Positions 1 through 18,616 of a stretch of DNA of 64,000 nt are shown piece by piece. Under the pieces are notes generated by a model. It worked only from the letters and a program-made list of their open reading frames with translations, searched no databases and was not told the origin of the DNA. This DNA comes from Eledone cirrhosa (taxonomy: Eukaryota), in the NCBI GenBank assembly GCA_964016885.1, contig OZ024749.1:23250001-23314000 (forward strand), given 5' to 3'. Numbering within the stretch: position 1 is the first letter of the stretch; each line of letters opens with the position of its first letter. A program made the position numbers and the translations under genes.

Positions 1-3000
1 CATCAACAACAATAAAAACACTAGCCCTACAACAACAACATCAACAACAATACACCCACTAGCCCTACAACAACAACATCAACAACAACACACCCCCTAG
101 CCCTACACCAACAACAACAACGACAACAATACACCCTCTAGCCCTACAACAACAACATCAACAACAATACACCCCCTAGCCCTACACCAACAACAACAAC
201 GACAACAATACACCCACTAGCCCTACAACAACAACATCAACAACAATACACCCACTAGCCCTACAACAACAACATCAACAACAATACACCCACTAGCCCT
301 ACAACAACAACATCAACAACAATACACCCACTTGCCCTACAACAACAACAACAACAACAATACACCCACTAGCCCTACAACAACAACATCAACAACAATA
401 CACCCACTAGCCCTACAACAACAACATCAACAACAATACACCCACTAGCCCTACAACAACATCAACAACAATACACCCACTAGCTCTACAACAACAACAA
501 CAACATCAACAACAATACACCCACTAGCCCTACAACAACAACATCAACAACAATACACCCACTAGCTCTACAACAACAACACCAACATCAACAACAATAC
601 ACCCACTAGCCCTACAACAACAACATCAACAACAATACGCCCACTAGCCCTACAACTACAACAACAACAACAATACACCCACTAGCCCTACAACAACAAC
701 ATCAACAACAATACACCCACTAGCCCTACAACAACAACATCAACAACAATACACCCACTAGCCCTACAACAACAACATCAACAACAATACACCCACTAGC
801 CCTACAACAACAACATCAACAACAATACACCCACTAGCCCTACAACAACAACGTCAACAACAATACACCCACTAGCCCTACAACAACAACAACAACAACA
901 ATACACCCACTAGCTCTACAACAACAACAACAACATCAACAACAATACACCCACTAGCCCTACAACAACAACATCAACAACAATACACCCACTAGCTCTA
1001 CAACAACAACACCAACATCAACAACAATACACCCACTAGCCCTACAACAACAACATCAACAACAATACGCCCACTAGCCCTACAACTACAACAACAACAA
1101 CAATACACCCACTAGCCCTACAACAACAACATCAACAACAATACACCCACTAGCCCTACAACAACAACATCAACAACAATACGCCCACTAGCTCTACAAC
1201 AACAACAACAACATCAACAACAATACACCCACTAGCCCTACAACAACAACATCAACAACAATACACCCACTAGCTCTACAACAACAACAACAACATCAAC
1301 AACAATACACCCACTAGCCCTACAACAACAACATCAACAACAATACACCCACTAGCTCTACAACAACAACAACAACACCAACAACAATACACCCACTAGC
1401 CCTACAACAACAACATCAACAACAATACACCCACTAGCCCTACAACAACAACAACAACAACAATACACCCTCTAGCCCTACAACAACAACATCAACAACA
1501 ATACACCCACTAGCCCTACAACAACAACATCAACAACAATACACCCACTAGCCCTACAACAACAACGTCAACAACAATACACCCACTAGCCCTACAACAA
1601 CAACAACAACAACAATACACCCACTAGCCCTACAACAACAACATCAACAACAATACACCCACTAACCCTACAACAACAACATCAACAACAATACACCCTC
1701 TAGCCCTACAACAACAACATCAACAACAATACACCCACTAGCCCTACAACAACAACATCAACAACAATACACCCACTAGCCCTACAACAACAACAACAAC
1801 AACAATACACCCACTAGCCCTACAACAACAACATCAACAACAATACACCCACTAGCCCTACAACAACAACATCAACAACAATACACCCACTAGCCCTACA
1901 ACAACATCAACAACAATACACCCACTAGCCCTACAACAACATCAACAACAATACACCCACTAGCCCTACAACAACAACGTCAACAACAATACACCCACTA
2001 GCCCTACAACAACAACATCAACAACAATACACCCACTAGCCCTACAACAACAACATCAACAACAATACACCCACTAGCCCTACAACAACAACGTCAACAA
2101 CAATACACCCACTAGCCCTACAACAACAACGTCAACAACAATACACCCACTAGCCCTACAACAACAACATCAACAACAATACACCCACTAGCCCTACAAC
2201 AACAACGTCAACAACAATACACCCACTAGCCCTACAACAACATCAACAACAATACACCCACTAGCCCTACAACAACAACATCAACAACGATACACCCACT
2301 AGCCCTACAACAACAACATCAACAACAACAACAATACACCCACCAGCCTTACAACAACAACAACAATACACCCACTAGCCCTACAACAACAACATCAACA
2401 ACAATACACCCACTAGCCCTACAACAACAACATCAACAACGATACACCCACTAGCCCTACAACAACAACAACAACAACAACAACAATACACCCACCAGCC
2501 TTACAACAACAACAACAATACACCCACTAGCCTTACAACAACAACAACAACAACAATACACCCACTAGCCCTACAACAACAACATCAACAACGATACACC
2601 CACTAGCCCTACAACAACAACAACAACAACAACGATACACCCACTAGCCCTACAACAACAACAACAACAATACACCCACTAGCCTTACAACAACAACATC
2701 AACAACAATACAACCACTAGCCTTACAACAACAACAACAACAACAATACACCCACTAGCCTTACAACAACAACATCAACAACAATACACCCACTAGCTCT
2801 ACAACAACAACAACAACAACAATCCACCCACTAGCCTTACAACAACAACAACAACAACAACAACAATACACCCACTAACCTTACAACAACAACAACAACA
2901 ATACACCCACTAGCCCTACAACAACAACAACAACAACAATACACCCACTAGCTCTACAACAACAACATCAACAATACACCCACTAGCCCTACAACAACAA

Positions 3001-6000
3001 CAATACACCCACTAGCTCTACAACAACAACAACAACAACAACAATACACCCACTAGCTCTACAACAACAACAACAACAATACACCCACTAGCTCTACAAC
3101 AACAACATCAACAATACACCCACTAGCCCTACAACAACAACATCAACAACAATACACCCACTAGCTCTACAACAACAACAACAACAACAATACACCCACT
3201 AGCTCTACAACAACAACAACAACAATACACCCACTAGCTCTACAACAACAACATCAACAACAATACACCCACTAGCTCTACAACAACAACAACAACAACA
3301 ATACACCCACTAGCCTTACAACAACAACATCAACAACAATACACCCACTAGCCTTACAACAACAATACACCCACTAGCCCTACAACAACAACATCAACAA
3401 CAATACACCCACTAGCCCTACAACAACAACATCAACAACAATACACCCACTAGCTCTACAACAACAACAACAACAACAATACACCCACTAGCCCTACAAC
3501 AACAACATCAACAACAATACACCCACTAGCTCTACAACAACAACAACAACAACAATACACCCACTAGCCCTACAACAACAACATCAACAACAATACACCC
3601 ACTAGCTCTACAACAACAACAACAACAACAATACACCCACTAGCCTTACAACAACAACATCAACAACAATACACCCACTAGCCTTACAACAACAATACAC
3701 CCACTAGCCCTACAACAACAACATCAACAACAATACATCCACTAGCCCTACAACAACAACATCAACAACAATACACCCACTAGCTCTACAACAACAACAA
3801 CAACAACAATACACCCACTAGCCTTACAACAACAACATCAACAACAATACACCCACTAGCCTTACAACAACAATACACCCACTAGCCCTACAACAACAAC
3901 ATCAACAACAATACATCCACTAGCCCTACAACAACAACATCAACAACAATACACCCACTAGCTCTACAACAACAACAACAACAACAATACACCCACTAGC
4001 CCTACAACAACAACATCAACAACAATACACCCACTAGCTCTACAACAACAACAACAACAACAATACACCCACTAGCTCTACAACAACAACAACAACAATA
4101 CACCCACTAGCTCTACAACAACAACATCAACAACAATACACCCACTAGCTCTACAACAACAACAACAACAACAATACACCCACTAGCCCTACAACAACAA
4201 CATCAACAACAATACACCCACTAGCTCTACAACAACAACAACATCAACAATACACCCACTAGCCCTACAACAACAACAACAACAACAATACACCCACTAG
4301 CACTACAACAACAACAACAACAATACACCCACTATCTCTACAACAACAACAACAACAATACACCCACTAGCCCTACAACAACAACATCAACAACAATACA
4401 CCCACTAGCTCTACAACAACAACAACAACAACAATACACCCACTAGCTCTACAACAACAACAACAACAATACACCCACTAGCCCTACAACAATACACCCA
4501 CTAGCTCTACAACAACAACAACAACAATACACCGACTAGCCTTAGAACAACAACAACAACAACAATACACCCACTATCCCTACAACAACAACAACAATAC
4601 ACCCACTAGCCCTACAACAACAACATCAACAACAATACACCCACTAGCCCTACAACAACAACATCAACAACAATACACCAACTAGCCCTACAACAACAAC
4701 AACAACAACAACAACAATACACCCACTAGCCTTACAACAACAACAACAACAACAATACACCCACTAGCCTAACAACAACAACATCAACAACAATACACCC
4801 ACTAGCCCTACAACAACAACATCAACAACAATACACCCACTAGCCCTACAACAACAACATCAACAACAATACACCCACTAGACCTACAACAACAACAACA
4901 ACAACAATACACCCACTAACTCTACAACAACAACAACAACAATACACCCACTAGCCCTACAACAACAACAACAACAACAATACATCCAATAGCACTACAA
5001 CAACAACAACAACAATACACCCACTATCTCTACAACAACAACAACAACAATACACCCACTAGCCCTACAACAACAACAACAACAATACACCCACTAGCCT
5101 AACAACAACAACATCAACAACAATACACCCACTAGCCCTACAACAACAACAACAACAATACACCCACTAGCCTAACAACAACAACATCAACAACAATACA
5201 CCCACTAGCCCTACAACAACAACATCAACAACAATACACCCACTAGCCCTACAACAACAACATCAACAACAATACACCCACTAGCCCTACAACAACAACA
5301 ACAACAACAATACACCCACTAGCCCTACAACAACAACAACAATACACCCACTAGCCCTACAACAACAACAACAACAACAATACACCCACTAGCTCTACAA
5401 CAACAACAACAACAATACACCCACTAGCCCTACAACAACAACATCAACAACAATACACACACTAGCCTTACAACAACAATAACAACAATACACCCACTAG
5501 CCCTACAACAACAACATCAACAACAATACACCCACTAGCCCTTCAACAACAACAACAACAACAATACACCCACTAGCCCAACAACAACTACAACAACAAC
5601 AACAATACACCCACTAGCCCTACAACAACAACATCAACAACAATACACCCACTAGCTCTACAACAACAACATCAACAACAATATACCCACTAGCCCTACA
5701 ACAACAACAACATCAACAACAATACACTCACTACCCCTACAACAACAACAACATCAACAATACACCCACTAGCCCTACAACAACAACAACATCAACAACA
5801 ATACACCCACTAGCCCTACAACAACAACAACATCAACAACAATACACCCACTAGCCCTACAACAACAACATCAACAACAATACACCCACCAGCCCTACAA
5901 CAACTACAACAACAACAACAATACACCCACTAGCCCTACAACAACAACAACATCAACAACAATACACCCACTAGCCCAACAACAACTACAACAACAACAA

Positions 6001-8549
6001 CAATACACCCACTAGCCCTACAACAACAACATCAACAACAATACACCCACCAGCCCTACAACAACAACATCAACAGCAATACACCCACTAGTCCTACAAC
6101 AACAACATCAACAACAATACACCCACTAGCCCTACAACAACAACATCAACAACAATACACCCACTAGCCTTACAACAACAACATCAACAGCAATACACCC
6201 ACTAGCTCTACAACAACAACAACAACAACAATACACCCACTAGCTCTACAACAACAACAACAACAATACACCCACTAGCTCTACAACAACAACATCAACA
6301 ATACACCCACTAGCCCTACAACAATACACCCACTAGCCTTACAACAACAACAACAGCAATACACCGACTAGCCTTAGAACAACAACAACAACAACAATAC
6401 ACCCACTAGCCCTACAACAACAACAACAACAATACACCCACTAGCCCTACAACAACAACAACAACAACAATACACCCACTAGCCCTACAACAACAACAAC
6501 AACAACAATACACCCACTAGCCCTACAACAACAACAACAACAATACACCCACTAACTCTACAACAACAACAACAACAATACACCCACTAGCCCTACAACA
6601 ACAACAACAACAACAATACATCCAATAGCACTACAACAACAACAACAACAATACACCCACTAGCCCTACAACAACAACAACAACATCAATACACCCACTA
6701 GCCCTACAACAACAACATCAATACACCCACTAGCCCTACAACAACAACAACAACAACAATACACCCACTAACTCTACAACAACAACAACAACAATACACC
6801 CACTAGCCCTACAACAACAACATCAACAACAGTACACCCACTAGCCCTACAACAACAACATCAACAACAATACACCCACTAGCCCTACAACAACAACAAC
6901 AACAATACACCCACTAGCTCTACAACAACAACAACAACAATACACCCACTAGCCCTACAACAACAACATCAACAACAATACACACACTAGCCTTACAACA
7001 ACAATAACAACAATACACCCACTAGCCCTACAACAACAACATCAACAACAATACACCCACTAGCCCTTCAACAACAACAACAACAATACACCCACTAGCC
7101 CAACAACAACTACAACAACAACAACAATACACCCACTAGCTCTACAACAACAACAACATCAACAACAATACACCCACTAGCCCTACAACAACAACAACAA
7201 TACACCCACTAGCCCAACAACAACTACAACAACAACAACAATACACCCACTAGCTCTACAACAACAACAACATCAACAACAATACACCCACTAGCCCTAC
7301 AACAACAACAACAACAATACACCCACTAGCCCAACAACAACTACAACAACAACAACAATACACCCACTAGCTCTACAACAACAACAACATCAACAACAAT
7401 ACACCCACTAGCCCTACAACAACAACATCAACAACAATATACCCACTAGCCCTACAACAACAACAACATCAACAACAATACACCCACTACCCCTACAACA
7501 ACAACAACATCAACAATACACCCACTAGCCCTACAACAACAACAACATCAACAACAATACACCCACCAGCCCTACAACAACAACATCAACAGCAATACAC
7601 CCACTAGTCCTACAACAACAACATCAACAACAATACACCCACTAGCCTTACAACAACAACATCAACAACAATACACCCACTAGCCTTACAACAACAACAA
7701 CAACAATACACCGACTAGCCTTAGAACAACAACAACAACAACAATACACCCACTAGCCCTACAACAACACCATCAACAACAATACACCCACTAGCCTTCC
7801 AAAAACAACAACAACAATACACCCACTAGCCCTACAACAACAACAACAATACACCCACTAGCCCTACAACAACAACATCAACAACAATACACCCACTAGC
7901 CCTACAACAACAACATCAACAACAATACACCCACTAGCCCTACAACAACAACATCAACAACAATACACCCACTAGCCCTACAACAACAACATCAACAACA
8001 ATACACCCACTAGCCCTACAACAACAACAACAACAACAACAATATACCCACTAACTCTACAACAACAACAACAACAATACACCCACTAGCCCTACAACAA
8101 CAACAACAACAACAATACACCCTCTAGCCCTACAACAACAACATCAACAACAATACACCCACTAGCCTTACAACAACAATACACACACTAGCCCTACAAC
8201 AACAACATCAACAACAATACACCCACTAGCCCTACAACAACAACAACAAAAACAACAACAACAATGCACCCACTAGCTCTACAACAACAACAACAATACA
8301 CCCACTAGCCCTACAACAACAACATCAACAACAATACACCCACTAGCCCTACAACAACAACAACAACAACAACAATACACCCACTAGCCCTACAACAACA
8401 ACATCAACAACAATACACCCACTAGCCTTACAACAACAACATCAACAACAATACACCCACTAGCCCTACAACAACAACATCAACAACAATACACCCACTA
8501 GCCCTACAACAACAACAACAACAACAACAACAATACACCCACTAGCCCT

Positions 8550-8584
<35 letters not shown>

Positions 8585-8599
8585 ACACCCACTAGCCCT

Positions 8600-8637
<38 letters not shown>

Positions 8638-8652
8638 ACACCCACTAGCCCT

Positions 8653-8685
<33 letters not shown>

Positions 8686-11600
8686 TCAACAACAATACAC
8701 CCACTAGCCCTACAACAACAACAACAACAACAACAATACACCCACTAGCTCTACAACAACAACATCAACAACAATACACCCACTAGCCCTACAACAACAA
8801 CATCAACAACAATACACCCACTAGCCCTACAACAACAACAACAACAACAACAATACACCCACTAGCTCTACAACAACAACATCAACAACAATACACCCAC
8901 TAGCCCTACAACAACAACAACAGCAACAATACACCCACTAGCCCTACAACAACAACAACATCAACAACAATACACCCACTAGCTCTACAACAACAACATC
9001 AACAATACACCCACTAGCCCTACAACAACAACAACAACAACAATACACCCACTAGCCCTACAAAAACAACAACAACATCAACAATACACCCACTAGCCCT
9101 ACACAACAACAGCAACAACAATACACCCACTAGCCCTACAACAACAACAACAACATCAACAATACACCCACTAGCCCTACAACAACAACAACAACAATAA
9201 TACACCCACTAGCCCTACAACAACAACAACAACAACAACAATACACCCACTAGCCCTACAACGACAACAACAACAACGACAATACACCCACTAGCCCTAC
9301 AACAACAACATCAACAACAATACACCCACTAGCTCTACAACAACAACATCAACAACAATACTCCCACTAGCCCTACAACAACAACATCAACAACAATACA
9401 AACACTAGCCCTACAACAACAACATCAACAACAATACACCCACTAGCCCTACAACAACAACATCAACAACAATACACCCACTAGCTCTACAACAACAACA
9501 TCAACAACAATACACCCACTAGCCTTACAACAACAACATCAACAACAATACAAACATTAGCCCTACAAAACAACATCAACAACAATACACCCACTAGCCC
9601 TACAACAACAACATCAACAACAATACACCCACTAGCTCTACAACAACAACATCAACAACAATACACCCACTAGCCTTACAACAACAACATCAACAACAAT
9701 ACAAACACTAGCCTTACAACAACAACATCAACAACAATACACCCACTAGCCTTACAACAACAACATCAACAACAATACACCCACTAGCCTTACAACAACA
9801 ACATCAACAACAATACACCCACTAGCTCTACAGCAACAACATCAACAACAATACACCCACTAGCCTTACAACAACAACATCAACAACAATACACCCACTA
9901 GCTCTACAACAACAACATCAACAACAATACTCCCACTAGCCCTACAACAACAACATCAACAACAATACAAACACTAGCCCTACAACAACAACATCAACAA
10001 CAATACACCCACTAGCCCTACAACAACAACATCAACAACAATACACCCACTAGCTCTACAACAACAACATCAACAACAATACACCCACTAGCCTTACAAC
10101 AACAACATCAACAACAATACAAACATTAGCCCTACAAAACAACATCAACAACAATACACCCACTAGCTCTACAACAACAACATCAACAACAATACACCCA
10201 CTAGCTCTACAACAACAACATCAACAACAATACACCCACTAGCTCTACAACAACAACATCAACAACAATACACCCACTAGCTCTACAACAACAACATCAA
10301 CAACAATACACCCACTAGCTCTACAACAACAACATCAACAACAATACACCCACTAGCCTTACAACAACAACATCAACAACAATACACCCACTAGCCTTAC
10401 AACAACAACATCAACAACAATACACCCACTAGCCTTACAACAACAACATCAACAACAATACACCCACTAGCTCTACAGCAACAACATCAACAACAATACA
10501 CCCACTAGCTCTTCAACAACAACATCAACAACAATACACCCACTAGCCTTACAACAACAACATCAACAACAATACACCCACTAGCCTTACAACAACAACA
10601 TCAACAACAATACACCCACTAGCTCTTCAACAACAACATCAACAACAATACACCCACTAGCCTTACAACAACAACATCAACAACAATACACCCACTAGCC
10701 TTACAACAACAACATCAATAACAATACACCCACTAGCCCTACAACAACAACATCAACAACAATACACCCACTAGCTCTACAGCAACAACATCAACAACAA
10801 TACACCCACTAGCTCTTCAACAACAACATCAACAACAATACACCCACTAGCCCTACAACAACAACAACAACAACAATACACCCACTAGCCCTACAACAAC
10901 AACATCAACAACAATACACCCACTAGCCCTACAACAGCAACATCAACAACAATACACCCACTAGCCCTACAACAACAACATCAACAACAATACACCCACT
11001 AGCCTTACAACAACAACATCAATAACAATACACCCACTAGCCTTACAACAACAACATCAATAACAATACACCCACTAGCCCTACAACAACAACATCAACA
11101 ACAATACACCCACTAGCCTTACAACAACAACATCAATAACAATACACCCACTTGCCCTACAACAACAACAACAACAACAATACACCCACTAGCCCTACAA
11201 CAACAACATCAATAACAATACACCCACTAGCCCTACAACAACAACAACAACAACAATACACCCACTAGCCCTACAACAGCAACATCAACAACAATACACC
11301 CACTAGCCCTACAACAACAACATCAACAACAATACACCCACTAGCCTTACAACAACAACATCAATAACAATACACCCACTTGCCCTACAACAACAACATC
11401 AACAACAATACACCCACTAGCCCTACAACAACAACATCAATAACAATACACCCACTTGCCCTACAACAACAACAACAACAACAATACACCCACTAGCCCT
11501 ACAACAGCAACATCAACAACAATACACCCACTAGCCCTACAACAACAACATCAACAACAATACACCCACTAGCCTTACAACAACAACATCAACAACAATA

Positions 11601-12997
11601 CACCCACTTGCCCTACAACAACAACATCAACAACAATACACCCACTAGCCCTACAACAACAACATCAATAACAATACACCCACTAGCCTTACAACAACAA
11701 CATCAATAACAATACACCCACTTGCCCTACAACAACAACATCAACAACAATACACCCACTAGCCCTACAACAACAACATCAATAACAATACACCCACTTG
11801 CCCTACAACAACAACAACAACAACAATACACCCACTAGCCCTACAACAGCAACATCAACAACAATACACCCACTAGCCCTACAACAACAACATCAACAAC
11901 AATACACCCACTAGCCCTACAACAACAACATCAACAACAATACACCCACTAGCCCTACAACAACAACATCAACAACAATACACCCACTAGCCCTACAACA
12001 ACAACAACAAAAACAACAACAACAATGCACCCACTAGATCTACAACAACAACAACAATACACCCACTAGCCCTACAACAACAACATCAACAACAATACAC
12101 CCACTAGCCCTACAACAACAACAACAACAACAACAATACACCCACTAGCCCTACAACAACAACATCAACAACAATACACCCACTAGCCTTACAACAACAA
12201 CATCAACAACAATACACCCACTAGCCCTACAACAACAACAACAACAACAATACACCCACTAGCCCTACAACAACAACAACAAAAACAACAACAACAATGC
12301 ACCCACTAGATCTACAACAACAACAACAATACACCCACTAGCCCTACAACAACAACATCAACAACAATACACCCACTAGCCCTACAACAACAACAACAAC
12401 AACAATACACCCACTAGCCCTACAACAACAACAACAACAACAATACACCCACTAGCCCTACAACAACAACAACAAAAACAACAACAACAATGCACCCACT
12501 AGATCTACAACAACAACAACAATACACCCACTAGCCCTACAACAACAACATCAACAACAATACACCCACTAGCCCTACAACAACAACAACAACAACAATA
12601 CACCCACTAGCCCTACAACAACAACATCAACAACAATACACCCACTAGCCCTACAACAACAACAACAACAACAATACACCCACTAGCCCTACAACAACAA
12701 CAACAAAAACAACAACAACAATACACCCACTAGATCTACAACAACAACAACAATACACCCACTAGCCCTACAACAACAACATCAACAACAATACACCCAC
12801 TAGCCCTACAACAACAACAACAACAACAACAATACACCCACTAGCCCTACAACAACAACATCAACAACAATACACCCACTAGCCTTACAACAACAACATC
12901 AACAACAATACACCCACTAGCCCTACAACAACAACAACAACAATACACCCACTAGCCCTACAACAACAACATCAACAACAATACACCCACTAGCCCT

Positions 12998-13036
<39 letters not shown>

Positions 13037-14788
13037 ATACACCCACTAACCTTACAACAACAACAACTACAACAATACACCCACTAGCCCTACAACAACA
13101 ACATCAACAACAATACACCCACTAGCCCTACAACAACAACAACAACAACAATACACCCACTAGCCCTACAACAACAACATCAACAACAATACACCCACTA
13201 GCCCTACAACAACAACAACAACATCAACAATACACCCACTAGCCTTACAACAACAACATCAACAACAATACACCCACTAGCTCTACAACAACAACAACAA
13301 CACCAATACACCCACTAGCCCTACAACAACAACATCAACAACAATACACCCACTAGCCTTACAACAACAACAACAACAATACACCCACTAGCCTTACAAC
13401 AACAACAACAACAATACACCCACTAGCCTTACAACAACAACATCAACAATACACCGACTAGCCTTAGAACAACAACAACATCAACAATACACCCACTAGC
13501 CCTACAACAACAACAACATCAACAATACACCCACTAGCCTTACAACAACAACAACAACAATACACCGACTAGCCCTACAACAACACCATCAACAACAATA
13601 CACCCACTAGCCCTACAACAACAACATCAACAACAATACACCCACTAGCCCTACAACAACAACAACAACAACAATACACCCACTAGCCCTACAACAACAA
13701 CATCAACAACAATACACCCACTAGCCCTACAACAACAACAACAACATCAACAATACACCCATTAGCCTTACAACAACAACATCAACAACAATACACCCAC
13801 TAGCTCTACAACAACAACAACAACACCAATACACCCACTAGCCCTACAACAACAACATCAACAACAATACACCCACTAGCCTTACAACAACAACAACAAC
13901 AATACACCCACTAGCCTTACAACAACAACAACAACAATACACCCACTAGCCTTACAACAACAACATCAACAATACACCGACTAGCCTTAGAACAACAACA
14001 ACATCAACAATACACCCACTAGCCCTACAACAACAACATCAACAACAATACACCCACTAGCCTTACAACAACAACAACAACAATACACCCACTAGCCTTA
14101 CAACAACAACAACAACAATACACCCACTAGCCTTACAACAACAACAACAACAATACACCCACTAGCCTTACAACAACAACAACAACAATACACCCACTAG
14201 CCTTACAACAACAACAACAACAATACACCCACTAGCCTTACAACAACAACAACAACAATACACCCACTAGCCTTACAACAACAACAACAACAATACACCC
14301 ACTAGCCTTACAACAACAACAACAACAATACACCCACTAGCCTTACAACAACAACAACAACAATACACCCACTAGCCTTACAACAACAACAACAACAATA
14401 CACCCACTAGCCTTACAACAACAACAACAACAATACACCCACTAGCCTTACAACAACAACAACAACAATACACCCACTAGCCTTACAACAACAACAACAA
14501 CAATACACCCACTAGCCCTACAACAACAACATCAACAACAATACACCCACTAGCCCTACAACAACAACATCAACAACAATACACCCACTAGCCCTACAAC
14601 AACAACATCAACAACAATACACCCACTAGCCCTACAACAACAACATCAACAACAATACACCCACTAGCCCTACAACAACAACAACAAAAACAACAACAAC
14701 AATGCGCCCACTAGCTCTACAACAACAACAACAATACACCCACTAGCCCTACAACAACAACATCAACAACAATACACCCACTAGCCCT

Positions 14789-14821
<33 letters not shown>

Positions 14822-16760
14822 TCAACAACAATACACCCACTAGCCCTACAACAACAACAACAACAACAACAATACACCCACTAGCTCTACAACAACAACA
14901 TCAACAACAATACACCCACTAGCCCTACAACAACAACATCAACAACAATACACCCACTAGCCCTACAACAACAACAACAACAACAACAATACACCCACTA
15001 GCTCTACAACAACAACATCAACAACAATACACCCACTAGCCCTACAACAACAACAACAGCAACAATACACCCACTAGCCCTACAACAACAACAACATCAA
15101 CAACAATACACCCACTAGCTCTACAACAACAACATCAACAATACACCCACTAGCCCTACAACAACAACAACAACAACAATACACCCACTAGCCCTACAAA
15201 AACAACAACAACATCAACAATACACCCACTAGCCCTACACAACAACAGCAACAACAATACACCCACTAGCCCTACAACAACAACAACAACATCAACAATA
15301 CACCCACTAGCCCTACAACAACAACAACAACAACAATACACCCACTAGCCCTACAACAACAACAACAACAACAACAATACACCCACTAGCCCTACAACAA
15401 CAACAACATCAACAACAATACACCCACTAGCCCTACAACAACAACAACAACAACAATACACCCACTAGCCCTACAACAACAACAACAACAACAACAATAC
15501 ACCCACTAGCCCTACAACGACAACAACAACAACAACAATACACCCACTAGCCCTACAACGACAACAACAACAACACTTCACCCACTAGCTCTACAACAAC
15601 AACATCAACAACAATACTCCCACTAGCCCTACAACAACAACATCAACAACAATACAAACACTAGCCCTACAACAACAACATCAACAACAATACACCCACT
15701 AGCCCTACAACAACAACATCAACAACAATACACCCACTAGCTCTACAACAACAACATCAACAACAATACACCCACTAGCCTTACAACAACAACATCAACA
15801 ACAATACAAACATTAGCCCTACAAAACAACATCAACAACAATACACCCACTAGCCCTACAACAACAACATCAACAACAATACACCCACTAGCTCTACAAC
15901 AACAACATCAACAACAATACACCCACTAGCCTTACAACAACAACATCAACAACAATACAAACACTAGCCTTACAACAACAACATCAACAACAATACACCC
16001 ACTAGCCTTACAACAACAACATCAACAACAATACACCCACTAGCCTTACAACAACAACATCAACAACAATACACCCACTAGCTCTACAGCAACAACATCA
16101 ACAACAATACACCCACTAGCTCTACAGCAACAACATCAACAACAATACACCCACTAGCTCTTCAACAACAACATCAACAACAATACACCCACTAGCCTTA
16201 CAACAACAACATCAACAACAATACACCCACTAGCTCTTCAACAACAACATCAACAACAATACACCCACTAGCCCTACAACAACAACAACAACAACAATAC
16301 ACCCACTAGCCCTACAACAACAACATCAACAACAATACACCCACTAGCCTTACAACAACAACATCAACAATACACCCACTAGCCCTACAACAACAACAAC
16401 AACAATAAACCCACTAGCCCTACAACAACAACATCAACAACAATACACCCACTAGCCCTACAACAACAACATCAACAACAATACACCCACTAGCTCTACA
16501 GCAACAACATCAACAACAATACACCCACTAGCCTTACAACAACAACATCAACAACAATACACCCACTAGCCTTACAACAACAACATCAACAACAATACAC
16601 CCCCTAGCTCTACAACAACAACATCAACAACAATACCCCCACTAGCTCTACAACAACAACAACAACAATACACCCACATGCGCTACAACAACAACATCAA
16701 CAACAATACACCCACTAGCCTTACAACAACAACATCAACAACAATACACCCACTAGCCCT

Positions 16761-16792
<32 letters not shown>

Positions 16793-18075
16793 ACACCCAA
16801 TAGCTCTACAACAACAACATCAACAGCAATACACCCACTAGCCCTACAACAACAACAACAGCACTACACCCACTAGCCCTACAACAACAACAACAACAAC
16901 AACAATACACCCACTAGCTCTACAACAACAACAACAACAACAATACAACCTCCAGCCCTACAACAACAACAACAACAACAATACACCCACTAGCTCTACA
17001 ACAACAACATCAACAACAATACACCCACTAGCCTTACAACAACATCAACAACAATACACCCACTAGCCCTACAACAACAACAACAACAACAATACAACCA
17101 CTAGCCCTACAACAACAACAACAACAACAATACACCTACTAGCCCTACAACAACAACATCCACAACAATACACCCACTAGCTCTACAACAACAACAACAA
17201 CAATACACCCACTAGCCCTACAACAACAACATCAACAACAATACACCCACTAGCTCTACAACAACAACAACAACAACAATACACCCACTAGCTCTACAAC
17301 AACAACAACAACAACAATACACCCACTAGCCCTACAACAACAACATCAACAACAATACACCCACTAGCTCTACAACAACAACATCAACAACAATACACCC
17401 ACTAGCTCTACAACAACAACGTCAACAACAATACACCCACTAGCCTTACAACAACAACATCAACAACAATACACCCACTAGCCCTACAACAACAACAACA
17501 ACAACAATGCACCCACTAGCTCTACAACAACAACAACAATACACCCACTAGCCCTACAACAACAACATCAACAACAATACACCCAATAGCCTTACAACAA
17601 CAACAACAACAACAATACACCCACTAGCTCTACAACAACAATACACCCACTAGCCCTACAACAACAACATCAACAACAATACACCCACTATCCCTACAAC
17701 AACAACAACAAAAACAACAACAACAATGCACCCACTAGCTCTGCAACAACAACAACAATACACCCACTAGCCCTACAACAACAACATCAACAACAATACA
17801 CCCACTAGCCCTATAATAACAACATCAACAACAATACACCCACTAGCCCTACAACAACAACAACAACAACAACAATACACCCACTAGCTCTACAACAACA
17901 ACATCAACAACAATACACCCACTAGCTCTACAACAACAACAACAACAACAATACACCCACTAGCTCTACAACAACATCAACAACAATACACCCACTAGCT
18001 CTACAACAACAACAACAACAATACACCCACTAGCCCTACAACAACAACATCAACAACAATACACCCACTAGCCCT

Positions 18076-18107
<32 letters not shown>

Positions 18108-18575
18108 ACACCCACTAGCTCTACAACAACAACATCAACAACAATACACCCACTAGCTCTACAACAACAACAACAACAATACACCCACTAGCCTTACAAC
18201 AACAACATCAACAACAATACACCCACTAGCCCTACAACAACAACATCAACAACAATACACCCACTAGCCTTACAACAACAACATTAACAACACTACACCC
18301 TATAGCCCTACAACAACAACATCAACAACAATACACCCACTAGCCCTACAACAACAACAACAACAACAACAATACACCCACTAGCTCTACAACAACAACA
18401 TCACCAACAATACACCCACTAGCTCTACAACAACAACAACAACAACAATACACCCACTAGCTCTACAACAACAACATCAACAACAATACACCCACTAGCT
18501 CTACAACAACAACAACAACAATACACCCACTAGCCCTACAACAACAACATCAACAACAATACACCCACTAGCCCT

Positions 18576-18616
<41 letters not shown>

